DNA of 64,000 bases from Fimbriimonadales bacterium (lineage in GTDB: Bacteria > Armatimonadota > Fimbriimonadia > Fimbriimonadales > Fimbriimonadaceae), in assembly GCA_038207365.1 (NCBI GenBank), contig JBBQZV010000012.1:30260-94259 (forward strand), given 5' to 3'. Of the stretch, positions 1 through 9,824 are shown piece by piece. The notes under the pieces are model-generated. The model did no database searches. It had not been told where the DNA came from and worked only from the letters and a program-made list of their open reading frames with translations. Every line of letters begins with the position of its first letter. Position 1 is the first letter of the stretch. The position numbers were made by a program, and so were the translations under genes.

Positions 1-551
1 AGTGATGAATGGGGGCCCAAATGGAGGACTAGATTCAGTGGTCTTGTCCCTCATCCAGTCCGATTCGACTTGAACATCTGGGACTACCGAAAGGTGGCCG
101 TTCGTTTTTGCCGTGACCCATCCCGAAAATCGCTGAATCGCAGTCTGAATTTGAGCTAGTTGGACCGATTCTATGGTTTGTCTCTGCTCTCGCAACACAC
201 CGGCGCTGTCTCTTTCGTCCGCCTGAAGCCGAGTAAAAATGACGATTTTCATTCGCCAGGATGGTGGTTTTTCTGCCTTGATACCGGATATCTTCGCTCG
301 AACATCCGTCCAATCGCCAATTGAATCAAAGGGTGTAGGTTCAACTGAAGGTGCACCCTGTAAATAAGTCCACCCACGCCAGCCCAGGAATTCAGCAGGC
401 ATTACTGCAGATTGAAGTTTGCCGGGGAAAACGGCATCATCCGTAGTCCCCTTCTGCTCTTGAAGAACAGAAGGAGATGTTGGTGACCCTGAGGTCTGGG
501 GTTGGTGTGTTAGCACCATTAGAGCCCAAAGGGCCGTGTTAAGAGTCATTG

Positions 552-1400
552 TCACTCCAAAATGCGGAACAAGCGGATATCGTCTTTGGTCGCCGCATGA
601 CCATCGCCACGCGTAAACTCAAGACTTGCTACGCTACTAACCGTCGTAAGGTCAGCCGGAAGTCGACCAATTAGGTCTAAAACGACCTTCTTGATCTTCT
701 CTGCGTTGGAGCTGAAGACTTCTAGCACATCATGCGCGTTAACCGCTTCGGTTCCCGCGTGGACGCCACTGTCATAATCGGTAATGAGCGAAATATTGAC
801 AACTCCCATCCCAAGCTCTCTGCACAAATAGGCTTCGGGGTACTGGGTCATGTTGATGACTTCCCAGCCTGCGTCATGGAACCATTTGCTTTCAGCTTTT
901 GTGGAGAATCTCGGTCCTTGAATGACGACTACCGTTCCATGGTCATGGCAAGTAATCCCGTGATCCCGAATCGTCTCGATTGCTAGCTTTCTCAAGATAG
1001 GATCATAGGTTTCCGCAGGAGACACGTGCGTTACGATGGGCCCATCATAAAATGTGTCTCTTCTTCCGGTCGTTCGATCGACAAACTGGTCGCAAACGAC
1101 AAAGTGACCGGGTTCAACATGGACCTGCAGTGAGCCGGCAGCACATGGACTGATGATGCACTCACAACCTAACGACCGCATGGCCCACACGTTAGCCCGA
1201 TAATTGACCATGTGTGGCGGAATCGTATGCATCCGTCCATGCCGCGGCAGAAAGGCGATCTTTCTGCCTGCCACAGTCGCTAAAAAAACCGAATCGCTTG
1301 GAGGGCCATAAGGGGTGTCAATCTTAGCCTCCCTTACATTCTCCAACAGGCTATAAAAGCCTGAACCGCCAAAAACACCGATCTCTGCTGTATCCCTCAT
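552..1400 (-). CDS. mtnP: S-methyl-5'-thioadenosine phosphorylase (purine nucleoside phosphorylase family)
   Basis: 282 aa. Carries N-terminal GGSGFY, PRHGR...HT(I)PPHMVNYRANVWA and the PNP/MTAP-fold core motifs typical of MTAP/MtnP. Confidence 0.8.
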   Translation of the reverse strand: MRDTAEIGVFGGSGFYSLLENVREAKIDTPYGPPSDSVFLATVAGRKIAFLPRHGRMHTIPPHMVNYRANVWAMRSLGCECIISPCAAGSLQVHVEPGHFVVCDQFVDRTTGRRDTFYDGPIVTHVSPAETYDPILRKLAIETIRDHGITCHDHGTVVVIQGPRFSTKAESKWFHDAGWEVINMTQYPEAYLCRELGMGVVNISLITDYDSGVHAGTEAVNAHDVLEVFSSNAEKIKKVVLDLIGRLPADLTTVSSVASLEFTRGDGHAATKDDIRLFRILE

Positions 1401-1426
1401 ATCTTTTCCCGTCTAGTGTGCACCAA

Positions 1427-2296
1427 TCACTTAACTTCTGGTGCCATAAGACGGTGGGCAGCTTTGATCAACTGGTCGACGCGCTGGCCACTTCTAAGAA
1501 GAACATTGGACTCAATGACTCCGACTCGGTTTTGCTTAATCGCGGTAACCGTTGCAAATCGAGGATCCTTAATCAGTGAGTCATAACCTGCGTGGTCAGC
1601 CTTGGTGCCGTTTACCAGGATCACATCTGGATTCAGCGAGACCAGGGTTTCAGGATTTAAGGGCACGAAGTGCTCGCCCTTTGGTCCAACGATTTGCCCT
1701 CCGCCAATTCGAATGATGTCAGCAAGGAAACCGTCAGTCCCAACAATATAGTTGTCACCGCTTCGGCCGGGCATGATAACGGCAACCTTCGGTACAGGGT
1801 TCAGCTTGGCACCAGATGCAGCACCAACTTCTGTCATCACGCGGTTAACATAGTCATTAAAACGCATTTCCGATGCTACGACAGAACCGAGCTCTTGAAG
1901 TTTAGCGATGTATTCGATCACATTTTTGGCTTCAAATGCAAAAACATCTGCCCCAGTTGCTGCCTTCAACTTATCTACTTCGGCGGTGCTAAACAGATCA
2001 GTATCGTAAACGATCAAGTCTGGCTTGATCTTTTGAATCTTTTCGTAGTCGGGTTTTACGGATGATACGATCGGAATGGCAGCGACCATCGTAGGTGGCC
2101 AGTCGCAAGACTGGGTTCTGCCCTTTACAATCGACGAGTCTGCATTAGACAGCAAGATCTCAGTCGTGTTCGGACTTAGACTTATGACCGACCGATAATG
2201 CTTGGGGCGAGTCGCTTGCTTTACAGGCGCCTTATCTCCACAACCAGCCAAAAACACAACGAGAGAGACGAAAAATAGAGGAAGCGCCCTGCGCAT
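1427..2296 (-). CDS. Periplasmic ABC substrate-binding lipoprotein, class III (Fe-siderophore/cobalamin-type, FecB/BtuF-like); orphan, with no adjacent permease or ATPase
   Basis: The six-frame ORF runs through the tRNA-Trp gene, so the start was trimmed to the Met at 2296. That Met gives a lipoprotein signal, MRRALPLFFVSLVVFLAGC. VISLSPNTTEILL...KPDLIVYD is typical of PBP class III. Confidence 0.6.
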   Translation of the reverse strand: MRRALPLFFVSLVVFLAGCGDKAPVKQATRPKHYRSVISLSPNTTEILLSNADSSIVKGRTQSCDWPPTMVAAIPIVSSVKPDYEKIQKIKPDLIVYDTDLFSTAEVDKLKAATGADVFAFEAKNVIEYIAKLQELGSVVASEMRFNDYVNRVMTEVGAASGAKLNPVPKVAVIMPGRSGDNYIVGTDGFLADIIRIGGGQIVGPKGEHFVPLNPETLVSLNPDVILVNGTKADHAGYDSLIKDPRFATVTAIKQNRVGVIESNVLLRSGQRVDQLIKAAHRLMAPEVK

Positions 2297-2349
2297 AGGG
2301 GCATTGTGCCTTAAGTTACGTCGGGTTTGCCAGAAGGTGGTCAAAGATG

Positions 2350-2380
2350 TTGCCATGGGAATTAGTGAATCAAGTAAAAT
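2350..2380 (+). promoter_or_regulatory. Candidate sigma70-like promoter for tRNA-Trp (TTGCCA, ~19-bp spacer, TAAAAT)
   Basis: The hexamers sit 13-40 bp upstream of the tRNA 5' end. The spacer is long, so this is a weak call. Confidence 0.25.
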
Positions 2381-2392
2381 AAACTGCCTTGC

Positions 2393-2468
2393 AGGGGTGT
2401 AGCTCAGTTGGTAGAGCGAAGGTCTCCAAAACCTTAGGTCGCGGGTTCGATCCCTGTCGCCCCTGCCA
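2393..2468 (+). tRNA. trnW: tRNA-Trp (anticodon CCA)
   Basis: Cloverleaf has a 7-bp acceptor, D-arm GCTC/GAGC, anticodon stem AAGGT/ACCTT with loop CTCCAAA, a T-arm with TTCGATC loop, and an encoded 3' CCA. Confidence 0.9.
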
Positions 2469-2544
2469 TTTTTTTCAATCCCGGGTTTCACCGCATTTCT
2501 TTAAACACGCGTTGTGCGAATTATCGAATGCGCCCGGGTAAATC

Positions 2545-3270
2545 TCAGTGTGATAGGACGCTTACAAGATCTTCGTAAGGCCGATCTGCAATAACGGCGA
2601 CAGTATTAACATTTTCTGATCGTGCGACGCAATTCATGTTATTGACCCGACCCGCCATGAATCCAGGGTGTGTGTCCATTGGAGTCATCCCTTCAAATTC
2701 GATGTGCCTCTGGATGAAAAGTACCGTTACATCCCCAGCGCCATCTCGAACCTGGACACGGCGTACGGGGACGCCATCCATCTCGTAGGAAAATCCTCCT
2801 CGAAATTGAGGATGGTCAGGCGTGGACAACCAAGACTGGTTGATAAGGTTCTTTAGCCAAATCTCTTTATTTCCATCAACTGGAGATTTAGGTGCATTTA
2901 GTCCGCCATAAAAACGAGCGAGATTCGGGTGGAGTGGGCTTGCATAATTCGAGTCGTGACGTCTCGAAACGAGTCCGCCTGCGACGATAACCAAGAAGAA
3001 AATCCCACATAAGGCTGGAGCAAATCGTCCAACAACGAATTCAACTCGGCGAGCCTTGTCGATCTCATTTAGCCGAAGAACGCAGGACTTCCACTCGTCT
3101 TTCGCGTCCACTTGAGAGGACTTCGTCCAAACAAACTCCTTGAGTTGTCGAATGGCTTGGATTTCTCGCGAAGCGATTGGCGATGATTCTATCAACGCCT
3201 CCATCTCAGCGACCTGGCTCGTGCTTAATTCGCCATCGACAAAAGCGTGAAATTCGATTGGATCACTCAT
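2545..3270 (-). CDS. Putative membrane anti-sigma factor
   Basis: Overlaps the upstream ECF sigma gene by 4 bp. The N-terminus has the anti-sigma signature FHAFVDGEL, followed by a TM segment (ALCGIFFLVIVAGGLV) and a periplasmic domain. Confidence 0.6.
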   Translation of the reverse strand: MSDPIEFHAFVDGELSTSQVAEMEALIESSPIASREIQAIRQLKEFVWTKSSQVDAKDEWKSCVLRLNEIDKARRVEFVVGRFAPALCGIFFLVIVAGGLVSRRHDSNYASPLHPNLARFYGGLNAPKSPVDGNKEIWLKNLINQSWLSTPDHPQFRGGFSYEMDGVPVRRVQVRDGAGDVTVLFIQRHIEFEGMTPMDTHPGFMAGRVNNMNCVARSENVNTVAVIADRPYEDLVSVLSH

Positions 3271-3869
3271 TCAGATGTTCCCTTTTTCAAATATCCTTCC
3301 TTTAATGCGTACCCTTCCAATGCTCTTCTTAGCATGGAACGGCCCCTGGCTAACCTTGACCGCACGGTTCCAATCGGTACATTGGTGGCATCAGCTATTT
3401 CTTGATAGCTCAAGCCTTCTATGTCGCTCAAAATTACTGCCATTCTAAAATCTTCAGGCACTTTCCATAGGGCTTCCTCAATCTCAGATCCAACAACGTT
3501 ATCAAAAAGCAGCCGATCAGGCAGCTCAGTTTCTGACGAGACTGGCTCAATTGCGCCTTCCTCTTCCAAGGATCCCAGCATCGGTCCACGTTGTCGTTGG
3601 CGATACCTGTTGATATACAGATTCGTTACGATCCGCAGCATCCAAGCTTTGAAATTCAAACCATCGAACCGCTCATAAGCGTCGTAAGCTCGAACTATTG
3701 CTTCCTGTGCCAGGTCCTCAGCATCTTCGCGCGACCGAGTTAGTCTTAACGCAGTACCTAAGACCGAGGGGAAAACCTTCTCAGCCTGGCGTTCAAAGGA
3801 CTCGCGTTTGTCGCGTTTTCCAAAGAGCATAGGTCGAGGGATTCTACCCACCCATCCATTCCAACCCAT
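3267..3869 (-). CDS. RNA polymerase ECF-type sigma-70 factor
   Basis: Sigma-70 region 2 (LAQEAIVRAYDAYERF...WMLRIVTNLYINRYR) and region 4 HTH (LSYQEIADATNVPIGTVRSRLARGR). Confidence 0.85.
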   Translation of the reverse strand: MGWNGWVGRIPRPMLFGKRDKRESFERQAEKVFPSVLGTALRLTRSREDAEDLAQEAIVRAYDAYERFDGLNFKAWMLRIVTNLYINRYRQRQRGPMLGSLEEEGAIEPVSSETELPDRLLFDNVVGSEIEEALWKVPEDFRMAVILSDIEGLSYQEIADATNVPIGTVRSRLARGRSMLRRALEGYALKEGYLKKGTSE

Positions 3870-3929
3870 CCGAACTTACGTTACGTTCCCGTTCTCCAAC
3901 GGAAACTGTTCTTTTTCGCTTGGTGACAG

Positions 3930-4436
3930 TCATAAGCCAAAGAGGCTGGGCCTAATGGCCCCCTCCAGTTCAAGCAGTTTTTGTTTGAATGGTAACCCAC
4001 CTGCGTATCCGGTAAGTTCACCTGAACTTCCGATAACACGGTGGCAAGGCACGATGATGCCTATCGGGTTCGTCGCGTTCGCTCGCCCTACTGCCCTTGA
4101 GCCCTTAGGATTGCCAAGTTGGGCAGCGAGTTGCCCATAAGATCGAGTCTCGCCATAGGGGATGAGCACCAATTCTGTCCAGACTTGGAATTGAAACGAC
4201 GTGCCTTTAGCCTGCAATACAAGCTCAAATTGATGTCGCTCGCCAGAAGCGTACTGCTCAAGCTGGAGTCGCACTTCGGTGGAACTTGACGGACTGAAGG
4301 TGTACTCGGAAAGTTGTTTCAACCGCTCGGTTGCGTCGGACGTGAAGACCTCCGTTACTGCTCCTTCGGCGTTGACCACAGAAGTAAGGGGACCAAGGGG
4401 CGTTTCGAAAACATCGTAAAAGTAAACAGGTTTCAT
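3930..4436 (-). CDS. ogt: Methylated-DNA--protein-cysteine methyltransferase (O6-alkylguanine-DNA alkyltransferase)
   Basis: 168 aa with the active-site motif PCHRVIG and a C-terminal HTH. Overlaps the upstream ada-alkA gene by 4 bp. Confidence 0.9.
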   Translation of the reverse strand: MKPVYFYDVFETPLGPLTSVVNAEGAVTEVFTSDATERLKQLSEYTFSPSSSTEVRLQLEQYASGERHQFELVLQAKGTSFQFQVWTELVLIPYGETRSYGQLAAQLGNPKGSRAVGRANATNPIGIIVPCHRVIGSSGELTGYAGGLPFKQKLLELEGAIRPSLFGL

Positions 4437-5848
4437 GGTTCAAATTTAAGGCTCTGCCATAAGTGGAAGCATGCAAGGCTTCGATGAGGTGAAAAAGGTT
4501 CGAGTAACGCCTTGGTTTGTGCGGCATCAGGCCTTGCTGCTAAGGCAAAAAACCTCTGCAGTGCGGCAGTAATTCCCGTATCACCAAGCGGATAGCAATC
4601 TGAGAATCCAAAGGCACGCATCATCAAGTAATGCGTTGACCAAGGTCCAAACCCACGGACTTTTAGAAAGGTGCTTTCCGCTCGCGTTGCTGTCCCGGCT
4701 GAAAGGCGTTCAAGGTCCAGGTCGCCATTTGCGATCATCCTTGAAACATCGATCAAATACTCTGCCTTCTTTCTTGAGAACTGAAGAGGCAACAACTGAT
4801 CGACCGCCAGTCCTCCCACAATCGCAGGAGTTGGCGGAGCAATTAGACCGCAAGACAAGGGAGTCCCATAGGTTTCAATGAGTCTTCGCCGCAGGGTGTA
4901 TGCGAAACGTAAATTCACCTGCTGCCCAAGTATTGCCCAAACAATTCCGTCATAAAGGGTCGCGGTCAGCGGGATTCTTAGTCCCACCCTTTGAATCAGG
5001 TGATCGTTATCCAACTTTTGGGCGGTTAGCTCAAATCCATCAGGATCCTGAGCCAGCCCCAAAATGCGGATCACAGCGCTGTGGGCTACGTCACTTGTCG
5101 CCCCCGTGACCGAACACTCCGCCACACTATCTCCAAGTTCCAAGCGCAGAAGGGATGGCCTGCCCTGAAGATTGGCTGCAATCGTTAGCGTACGCTCTGT
5201 GACATTCTCAGAAACACTTTCCGGGTCCCGACCGTAATAACTGAGCAAAACGTCGCGGTGGAATTTAGGAGGCAGGGCGACTTGAAATGCCCCCAGATTA
5301 GGCAGCTTTCGATAGGAGGTTGGCGTCATGCCCGTCAGACGTCCGAAATGCTCGTAGAAAGTAGAAAGCGTTTCAAATCCAACTTCAAACGCAATTTCTG
5401 AGACAGCATTCTCAGTTTCAAGCAGCATTCCACAAGCAGCCTTCACGCGGGCTTGAAAGAGTAGCTCGGCCGGTGTCGTGTGATAGTGGCGCCGAACGAG
5501 TTGGAACAACTTGGACTGTCCGAACTGACTACTTTCAGCCAAATCTGCGATGGTCGCATAGCGACCTGGTTCGCGTCTCAAAGCTTCTACCGCATTCTCA
5601 AGTTTCTCTAGGTCTTCGTCTATGCCAGCGAAGAAATTGTCCGGCTTACACTTCTTGCATGCTCTAAGGCCGGCTTGTTGGGCAGCGGCAATCGTTTCAA
5701 AGAACTGAATATTCTCCGGTTTGGGTTTGCGCGCACGGCACGAGGGCAAGCAATAGATTCCGGTTGTTAGAACACCAGTAATGAACTGGCGATCAAATTC
5801 ACCGTTGCTGGCCATTGCAACACTGAGCATCTCATCGCGAGTAAGCAT
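4433..5848 (-). CDS. alkA: Fused AdaA N-terminal domain (Zn methylphosphotriester sensor + AraC HTH) and AlkA 3-methyladenine DNA glycosylase II
   Basis: N-terminal Cys4 Ada zinc motif (CLPSCRARKP...CKKCKP), an AraC-type HTH in the middle, and a C-terminal HhH-GPD glycosylase domain (GFGPWSTHYLMMRAFG...D). Confidence 0.8.
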   Translation of the reverse strand: MLTRDEMLSVAMASNGEFDRQFITGVLTTGIYCLPSCRARKPKPENIQFFETIAAAQQAGLRACKKCKPDNFFAGIDEDLEKLENAVEALRREPGRYATIADLAESSQFGQSKLFQLVRRHYHTTPAELLFQARVKAACGMLLETENAVSEIAFEVGFETLSTFYEHFGRLTGMTPTSYRKLPNLGAFQVALPPKFHRDVLLSYYGRDPESVSENVTERTLTIAANLQGRPSLLRLELGDSVAECSVTGATSDVAHSAVIRILGLAQDPDGFELTAQKLDNDHLIQRVGLRIPLTATLYDGIVWAILGQQVNLRFAYTLRRRLIETYGTPLSCGLIAPPTPAIVGGLAVDQLLPLQFSRKKAEYLIDVSRMIANGDLDLERLSAGTATRAESTFLKVRGFGPWSTHYLMMRAFGFSDCYPLGDTGITAALQRFFALAARPDAAQTKALLEPFSPHRSLACFHLWQSLKFEP

Positions 5849-5989
5849 GATGACTTGAGTATGGTGAAAACGACTCTATCGTTCCTCCGCACGGCTGCGA
5901 AGCAATTTCATTTCGTAAAATCTAGAAAACAAGAGCGGAGTCCGCAGCATTCTGCGAACCCCGCCCTAATCTCAAGAAGTATGTGTCTA

Positions 5990-7525
5990 CTAGCGTCCCA
6001 TTGCACAAAGGCGAGCATTGTTAATCGCAAAGCTGACGCCAAACTTACCGATCACGGTGGGCGTATAGGCTTCACCAATACCGCTTGACAGGCTGAGTAC
6101 TTGGTTCAGAGTATTCGAAGTGAAGTCCCAGCGATAGCAATGGCCATCTTCGCTGTTGACGATGGCTGAGCGAGTCCTCGGATCAATTGCCGCCGAATTG
6201 ATGCACCATTCGCGAACGGCATTCGGATAACCAGCATTTACAAAACCGGTGTCAGGAGTGACTCCAGTTACCGTAATGACTTCCTTCATTGCTGGGAATT
6301 GATTGTGTGTCTCGAATGCCGAGGCATTTGGATCAAGAACGGCGAGCTTATTGACGCCGTCTCCACCCGAAAAACCTGCATATGCGTTGTACTTCGTGAG
6401 AATGAGGTACTTGGAAGTTCCTGTATACGAAGGAACGCATTGGCTGGGGACCACCGAAGCTGTATCGTCCCATCCAAAAGCACCAGGAATCTTGGATTGA
6501 GTTAAAGTTGAATCATAGTGGAGCATCCAACCTCGGTCGTTGTAGAACGGATTCTCGATGACGCCAAAGTAAACGTCTCCATCGGGTCCAACCATCGGAG
6601 TTGCAGTTCCGATATCTTCGAGATTGGCGTCAAATCCAGACTTCGGGTCCAGCAAACGAGTGCTGAATTTCGGTGTGAGCTTTTCGGTGTCCGCACCCAC
6701 AAGATAACCACCACCATTGCCTCTAAAGATGGCAATGTATAAGGTCTTCTGATCATTACTAAGTGCTGGAGCACAGTTGAGAACAGGAGAACCTGCCGAA
6801 GAATCTGCAGTTAAAGTGGTCGAAGGAACGAAACTACCCACGCCATTGGCACTTATTCGTGCAATTCCGCTTGTGAAATTTGCAGGGTTTTCGAATCCAC
6901 CAGAGACACGAACACCAAAATAGATGTTCCCCATATTGTCAACAGTGGGCGGAGTGCAGACATAAACGTTGCTATCAAAAGCTGCCTTGTTTGCTGTGTA
7001 AGTTGACATGCCGTAGAACGCGACCTGACGAACCGTGGCCGTCTTGAAGTCTGTTCGATCGCGAAGGTAGACCGTACCGCCCGCCCCAGGAGTTACTAGG
7101 CCATTAATTCCCACGAGAGCAGAACCACAAACGGGAGTCCACCCACTGGAAGGGAGAATGTAATCTGTGTTTTGAGTGAATACAAGTCCACCATTAATGC
7201 AGTTTCGACCTTCAACCTTGAAACCGCCACTTGCTCCGGTCTTAACAGTTACTATGACGTTTCCGCTATTGGTGACCAGTGGAGCCGCATAGTGAATAAA
7301 GAGATCGGACCCACTATATTGGGGATTTAGATCAACTGGAGTCGTCCAGAGCACCTTCGAAAGCGAGGCAGCTGGCAGGTTGCTAATACCCGTATGCTGA
7401 GGATTTCCACCATAACTTGGCCAACTTTGCATTCTCCAAACCTGGGCAACAACGGTGCCCGAAAGGCACAAAGCTAGGGCCGAGTAAGCAAGCGGCGCCT
7501 TAATTTTCTTGACAATCTCAAACAT
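5990..7525 (-). CDS. Secreted beta-rich hypothetical protein (possible beta-propeller)
   Basis: Signal peptide (LAYSALALCLSGTVVAQ). The sequence is Gly/Ser/Thr/Asn-rich and repetitive, with no recognisable catalytic motif. Confidence 0.4.
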   Translation of the reverse strand: MFEIVKKIKAPLAYSALALCLSGTVVAQVWRMQSWPSYGGNPQHTGISNLPAASLSKVLWTTPVDLNPQYSGSDLFIHYAAPLVTNSGNVIVTVKTGASGGFKVEGRNCINGGLVFTQNTDYILPSSGWTPVCGSALVGINGLVTPGAGGTVYLRDRTDFKTATVRQVAFYGMSTYTANKAAFDSNVYVCTPPTVDNMGNIYFGVRVSGGFENPANFTSGIARISANGVGSFVPSTTLTADSSAGSPVLNCAPALSNDQKTLYIAIFRGNGGGYLVGADTEKLTPKFSTRLLDPKSGFDANLEDIGTATPMVGPDGDVYFGVIENPFYNDRGWMLHYDSTLTQSKIPGAFGWDDTASVVPSQCVPSYTGTSKYLILTKYNAYAGFSGGDGVNKLAVLDPNASAFETHNQFPAMKEVITVTGVTPDTGFVNAGYPNAVREWCINSAAIDPRTRSAIVNSEDGHCYRWDFTSNTLNQVLSLSSGIGEAYTPTVIGKFGVSFAINNARLCAMGR

Positions 7526-7756
7526 AGGGATAGGGCTCCAATAAGAACCCTCATTTAACTAGAAAAACTTGATCATGGCAAGTACATAGGCGCATTAATA
7601 TTCGGAATCGTGGATTCCAGATTCAATTCCCGAGAGTGCATGGCCGGTTGTAGGTAATCATTGGCGCTGGCCAATGGGGAAAAGCGGTGTCTGGTTCAAC
7701 AAACTCAGGCAAGAACTGACTAAGCGCCCGCATAACCCGATAGCCACGAAAGTGCC

Positions 7757-7782
7757 CTTGCGGAATGTCCCGGTTCCGCAAG
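7757..7782 (-). terminator. Hairpin (9-bp perfect stem CTTGCGGAA/TTCCGCAAG, 8-nt loop) immediately 3' of the radical-SAM gene; no strong U-tract
   Basis: A perfect inverted repeat lies 6 bp beyond the stop codon at 7788. The T-run is weak on both strands. Confidence 0.3.
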
Positions 7783-7787
7783 AAAAC

Positions 7788-8951
7788 CTACACTCTTGCC
7801 ATTGGCAACGGATTCAACTTGGGAAGAGCCGTCGCATGAAGTTCATGCTGCGAAATTTCGTTGTACAAACTGTCGCGTTCGACTGGAATTCTTCCAGCCT
7901 CGGTAATCATGCGCACCATGTTGTCGTAGGTAAGCGATTGGCTCTTGTTGCCAAATTCTCCAGATTTATAGGTGATCTCATACTCGTGGACAAGTCCATC
8001 AGCATCATCTGCGCCGTACCACAGAGACATTTGAGTGACTGGAATTGTGTTCATGATCCAGAAGCTTTTGATATGGTCAAAATTGTCGAGCATGAGGCGA
8101 GAAACCGCGATGTTTCTGAGGTCATCGTCACCGGTGGGGCCGCTAAGTTGATCCAACTCGGTTGCCTCGGGATGGAAACTTAAGGGAGTCATGGTGAGAA
8201 AGTGCCCCGTCTCATCCTGCAGTTCACGCAATTGGATCAGGTGATCTACCCTCTCCTCGTCGGTCTCGATATGACCGTAAAGCATCGTAGCGTACTGCTT
8301 GAGGCCGAGGTTCGCTGCTGCCCGAGCGACCATTTTCCATTCTTCACCGTTCAGCTTCTTGCCGAAAAGTTGCGAATGAACCCTATCACTGAGAATTTCA
8401 ATTCCACCACCTGGCAATGAATCCAGACCAGCTTCAATTAAATCGGCAAGAGCTTGGCTCACGGTCACTTTGCCTTGCCTTGCTATCTCAACGATTTCCA
8501 CTGCCGTGAAAGCTTTCACGTGTACGCCCGGCCGAGTTTCTTTCACCGTGCGAACCAAATCCATGTAATAGCTATAAGGCAACCTTGGATTGATACCGCC
8601 AACCATGTGGATCTCAGTTAGCGGAACATCCCGATGCCACTCTAGCCGATGCTTCACTTCCTCAAGCGTCATTTGGTAGGGTGCCGGACCGCCCTTCTTA
8701 GCGTAAAAGCTGCAGAACTTACAGAACTTATTGCAGATATTCGTGTAGTTGATGTGCTGGTTTCGGACGAAGTACGTCTTAGCTCCATGCTTGCGTTCAC
8801 GCACGATGTTGGCCAAGAACCCCACGCCGGTCAGGTTTGGAGTCGTGCAAAGTAGAAGTCCATCTTCTCTACTCAAACGCTCCCCGTTCTCAACTTTACG
8901 CAAGATAGAAACGAGTTCATCACCAACAATATTCTGGGAGTTCAGTGCCAT
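7788..8951 (-). CDS. Radical SAM enzyme of the futalosine menaquinone pathway (MqnC/MqnE family) or the related CofH-like family
   Basis: CxxxCxxC cluster NICNKFCKFCSF in the N-terminal third, 387 aa, TIM-barrel radical-SAM layout typical of MqnE/MqnC. Confidence 0.6.
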   Translation of the reverse strand: MALNSQNIVGDELVSILRKVENGERLSREDGLLLCTTPNLTGVGFLANIVRERKHGAKTYFVRNQHINYTNICNKFCKFCSFYAKKGGPAPYQMTLEEVKHRLEWHRDVPLTEIHMVGGINPRLPYSYYMDLVRTVKETRPGVHVKAFTAVEIVEIARQGKVTVSQALADLIEAGLDSLPGGGIEILSDRVHSQLFGKKLNGEEWKMVARAAANLGLKQYATMLYGHIETDEERVDHLIQLRELQDETGHFLTMTPLSFHPEATELDQLSGPTGDDDLRNIAVSRLMLDNFDHIKSFWIMNTIPVTQMSLWYGADDADGLVHEYEITYKSGEFGNKSQSLTYDNMVRMITEAGRIPVERDSLYNEISQHELHATALPKLNPLPMARV

Positions 8952-9015
8952 AAGCTGTTTATAAGGATACCCCCAACTTTCAGAATAAAATGAAATCTGT
9001 CCATAGACTCACTTG

Positions 9016-9798
9016 CTACCGACGAATCATACGGTAGCAGGCAGCAATCGTAGCTAGGTTTGTGATTAGATCACGCCCCATCCCTCCTACAGCCTTTGCT
9101 CGAGCAATGTCTAGCGTGAGCTGCCTTACGTTGGAAGCGATAAGGGGGTCCGTGAGGATGACATCTCTGAGGAATCGGGCGCCTTCATATTCACCAAATT
9201 CCGAAATGATAAGCTCTAGCGCAGTATCCAACCCAATGCGAGGCACATCGCATCGAAGTAGCCTTCGTCGCAGTTCCATTTCATTCTCAAAGAGATCAAA
9301 CCAAGGAAGTGCAAGATTTTGGATCCATTGAACCAACTCAACTAAGGTTTGGTGCTGCGATCCAATATTCCAGATCACCCAACATGGCGGTATTTCAAGG
9401 TGGCCTAAGTCCATGCTGGCCACAGATGAAGGAGCTCGACTAGATGGAATCCAGTAGTTCATCCGAGTTTCTTGAAGACCAGAGTGACTTAAGTGAAGGC
9501 TGATGCGGATGGGAACATCAGGATCGTCAATTGAATTTGGATGCGAACGGATGAGGATTTCCTGAATGGTTCGACCCGACCTTCGTTCAATCTGCGGCAA
9601 ACCACCATTGTTGAACAAGGCAAACCCTTCAGACAACAGAGCACCAGCAATAAAATGCGACGCTTCTCCGACCACTTCGCGATGGGGTCGATCGGGTCTT
9701 TTGCCTCGTCCCAGCGTCCCAACCTGTGAACTGCCATGACACCAGGCTCGATTGAAGTCTCCTTCACGAAAGAATATTCTTCGCCTAATGGTATCCAT
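9016..9798 (-). CDS. Hypothetical protein (no recognisable domain), co-oriented 27 bp downstream of the membrane cyclase gene
   Basis: 260-aa ORF that is not compositionally odd, with no motif I can assign. Confidence 0.35.
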   Translation of the reverse strand: MDTIRRRIFFREGDFNRAWCHGSSQVGTLGRGKRPDRPHREVVGEASHFIAGALLSEGFALFNNGGLPQIERRSGRTIQEILIRSHPNSIDDPDVPIRISLHLSHSGLQETRMNYWIPSSRAPSSVASMDLGHLEIPPCWVIWNIGSQHQTLVELVQWIQNLALPWFDLFENEMELRRRLLRCDVPRIGLDTALELIISEFGEYEGARFLRDVILTDPLIASNVRQLTLDIARAKAVGGMGRDLITNLATIAACYRMIRR

Positions 9799-9824
9799 CT
9801 GCTAACCGAGATATCGCCACTGTT

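Noticed and set aside
35-313. 92-aa ORF at the window edge on the minus strand
   Set aside because: It has no motif, a Cys/Arg/Ser-rich composition and no convincing RBS. The surrounding 1..551 region may be the 3' flank of mtnP or part of a gene that extends beyond the window.
732-986. Antisense and overlapping ORFs inside confidently assigned genes (for example 732..986+, 1670..2065+, 4258..4527-, 6286..6774, 14161..14520+ and 59737..60173-)
   Set aside because: Each lies entirely within a larger gene with clear family motifs on the other strand or frame. The translations are low-complexity or Arg/Ser-rich, typical of antisense frames.
2469-2544. Possible terminator after tRNA-Trp (two CCCGGG hexamers at 2478 and 2532)
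   Set aside because: The self-complementary hexamers are ~47 nt apart, giving an implausibly large loop. The T-run follows the tRNA directly rather than a hairpin.
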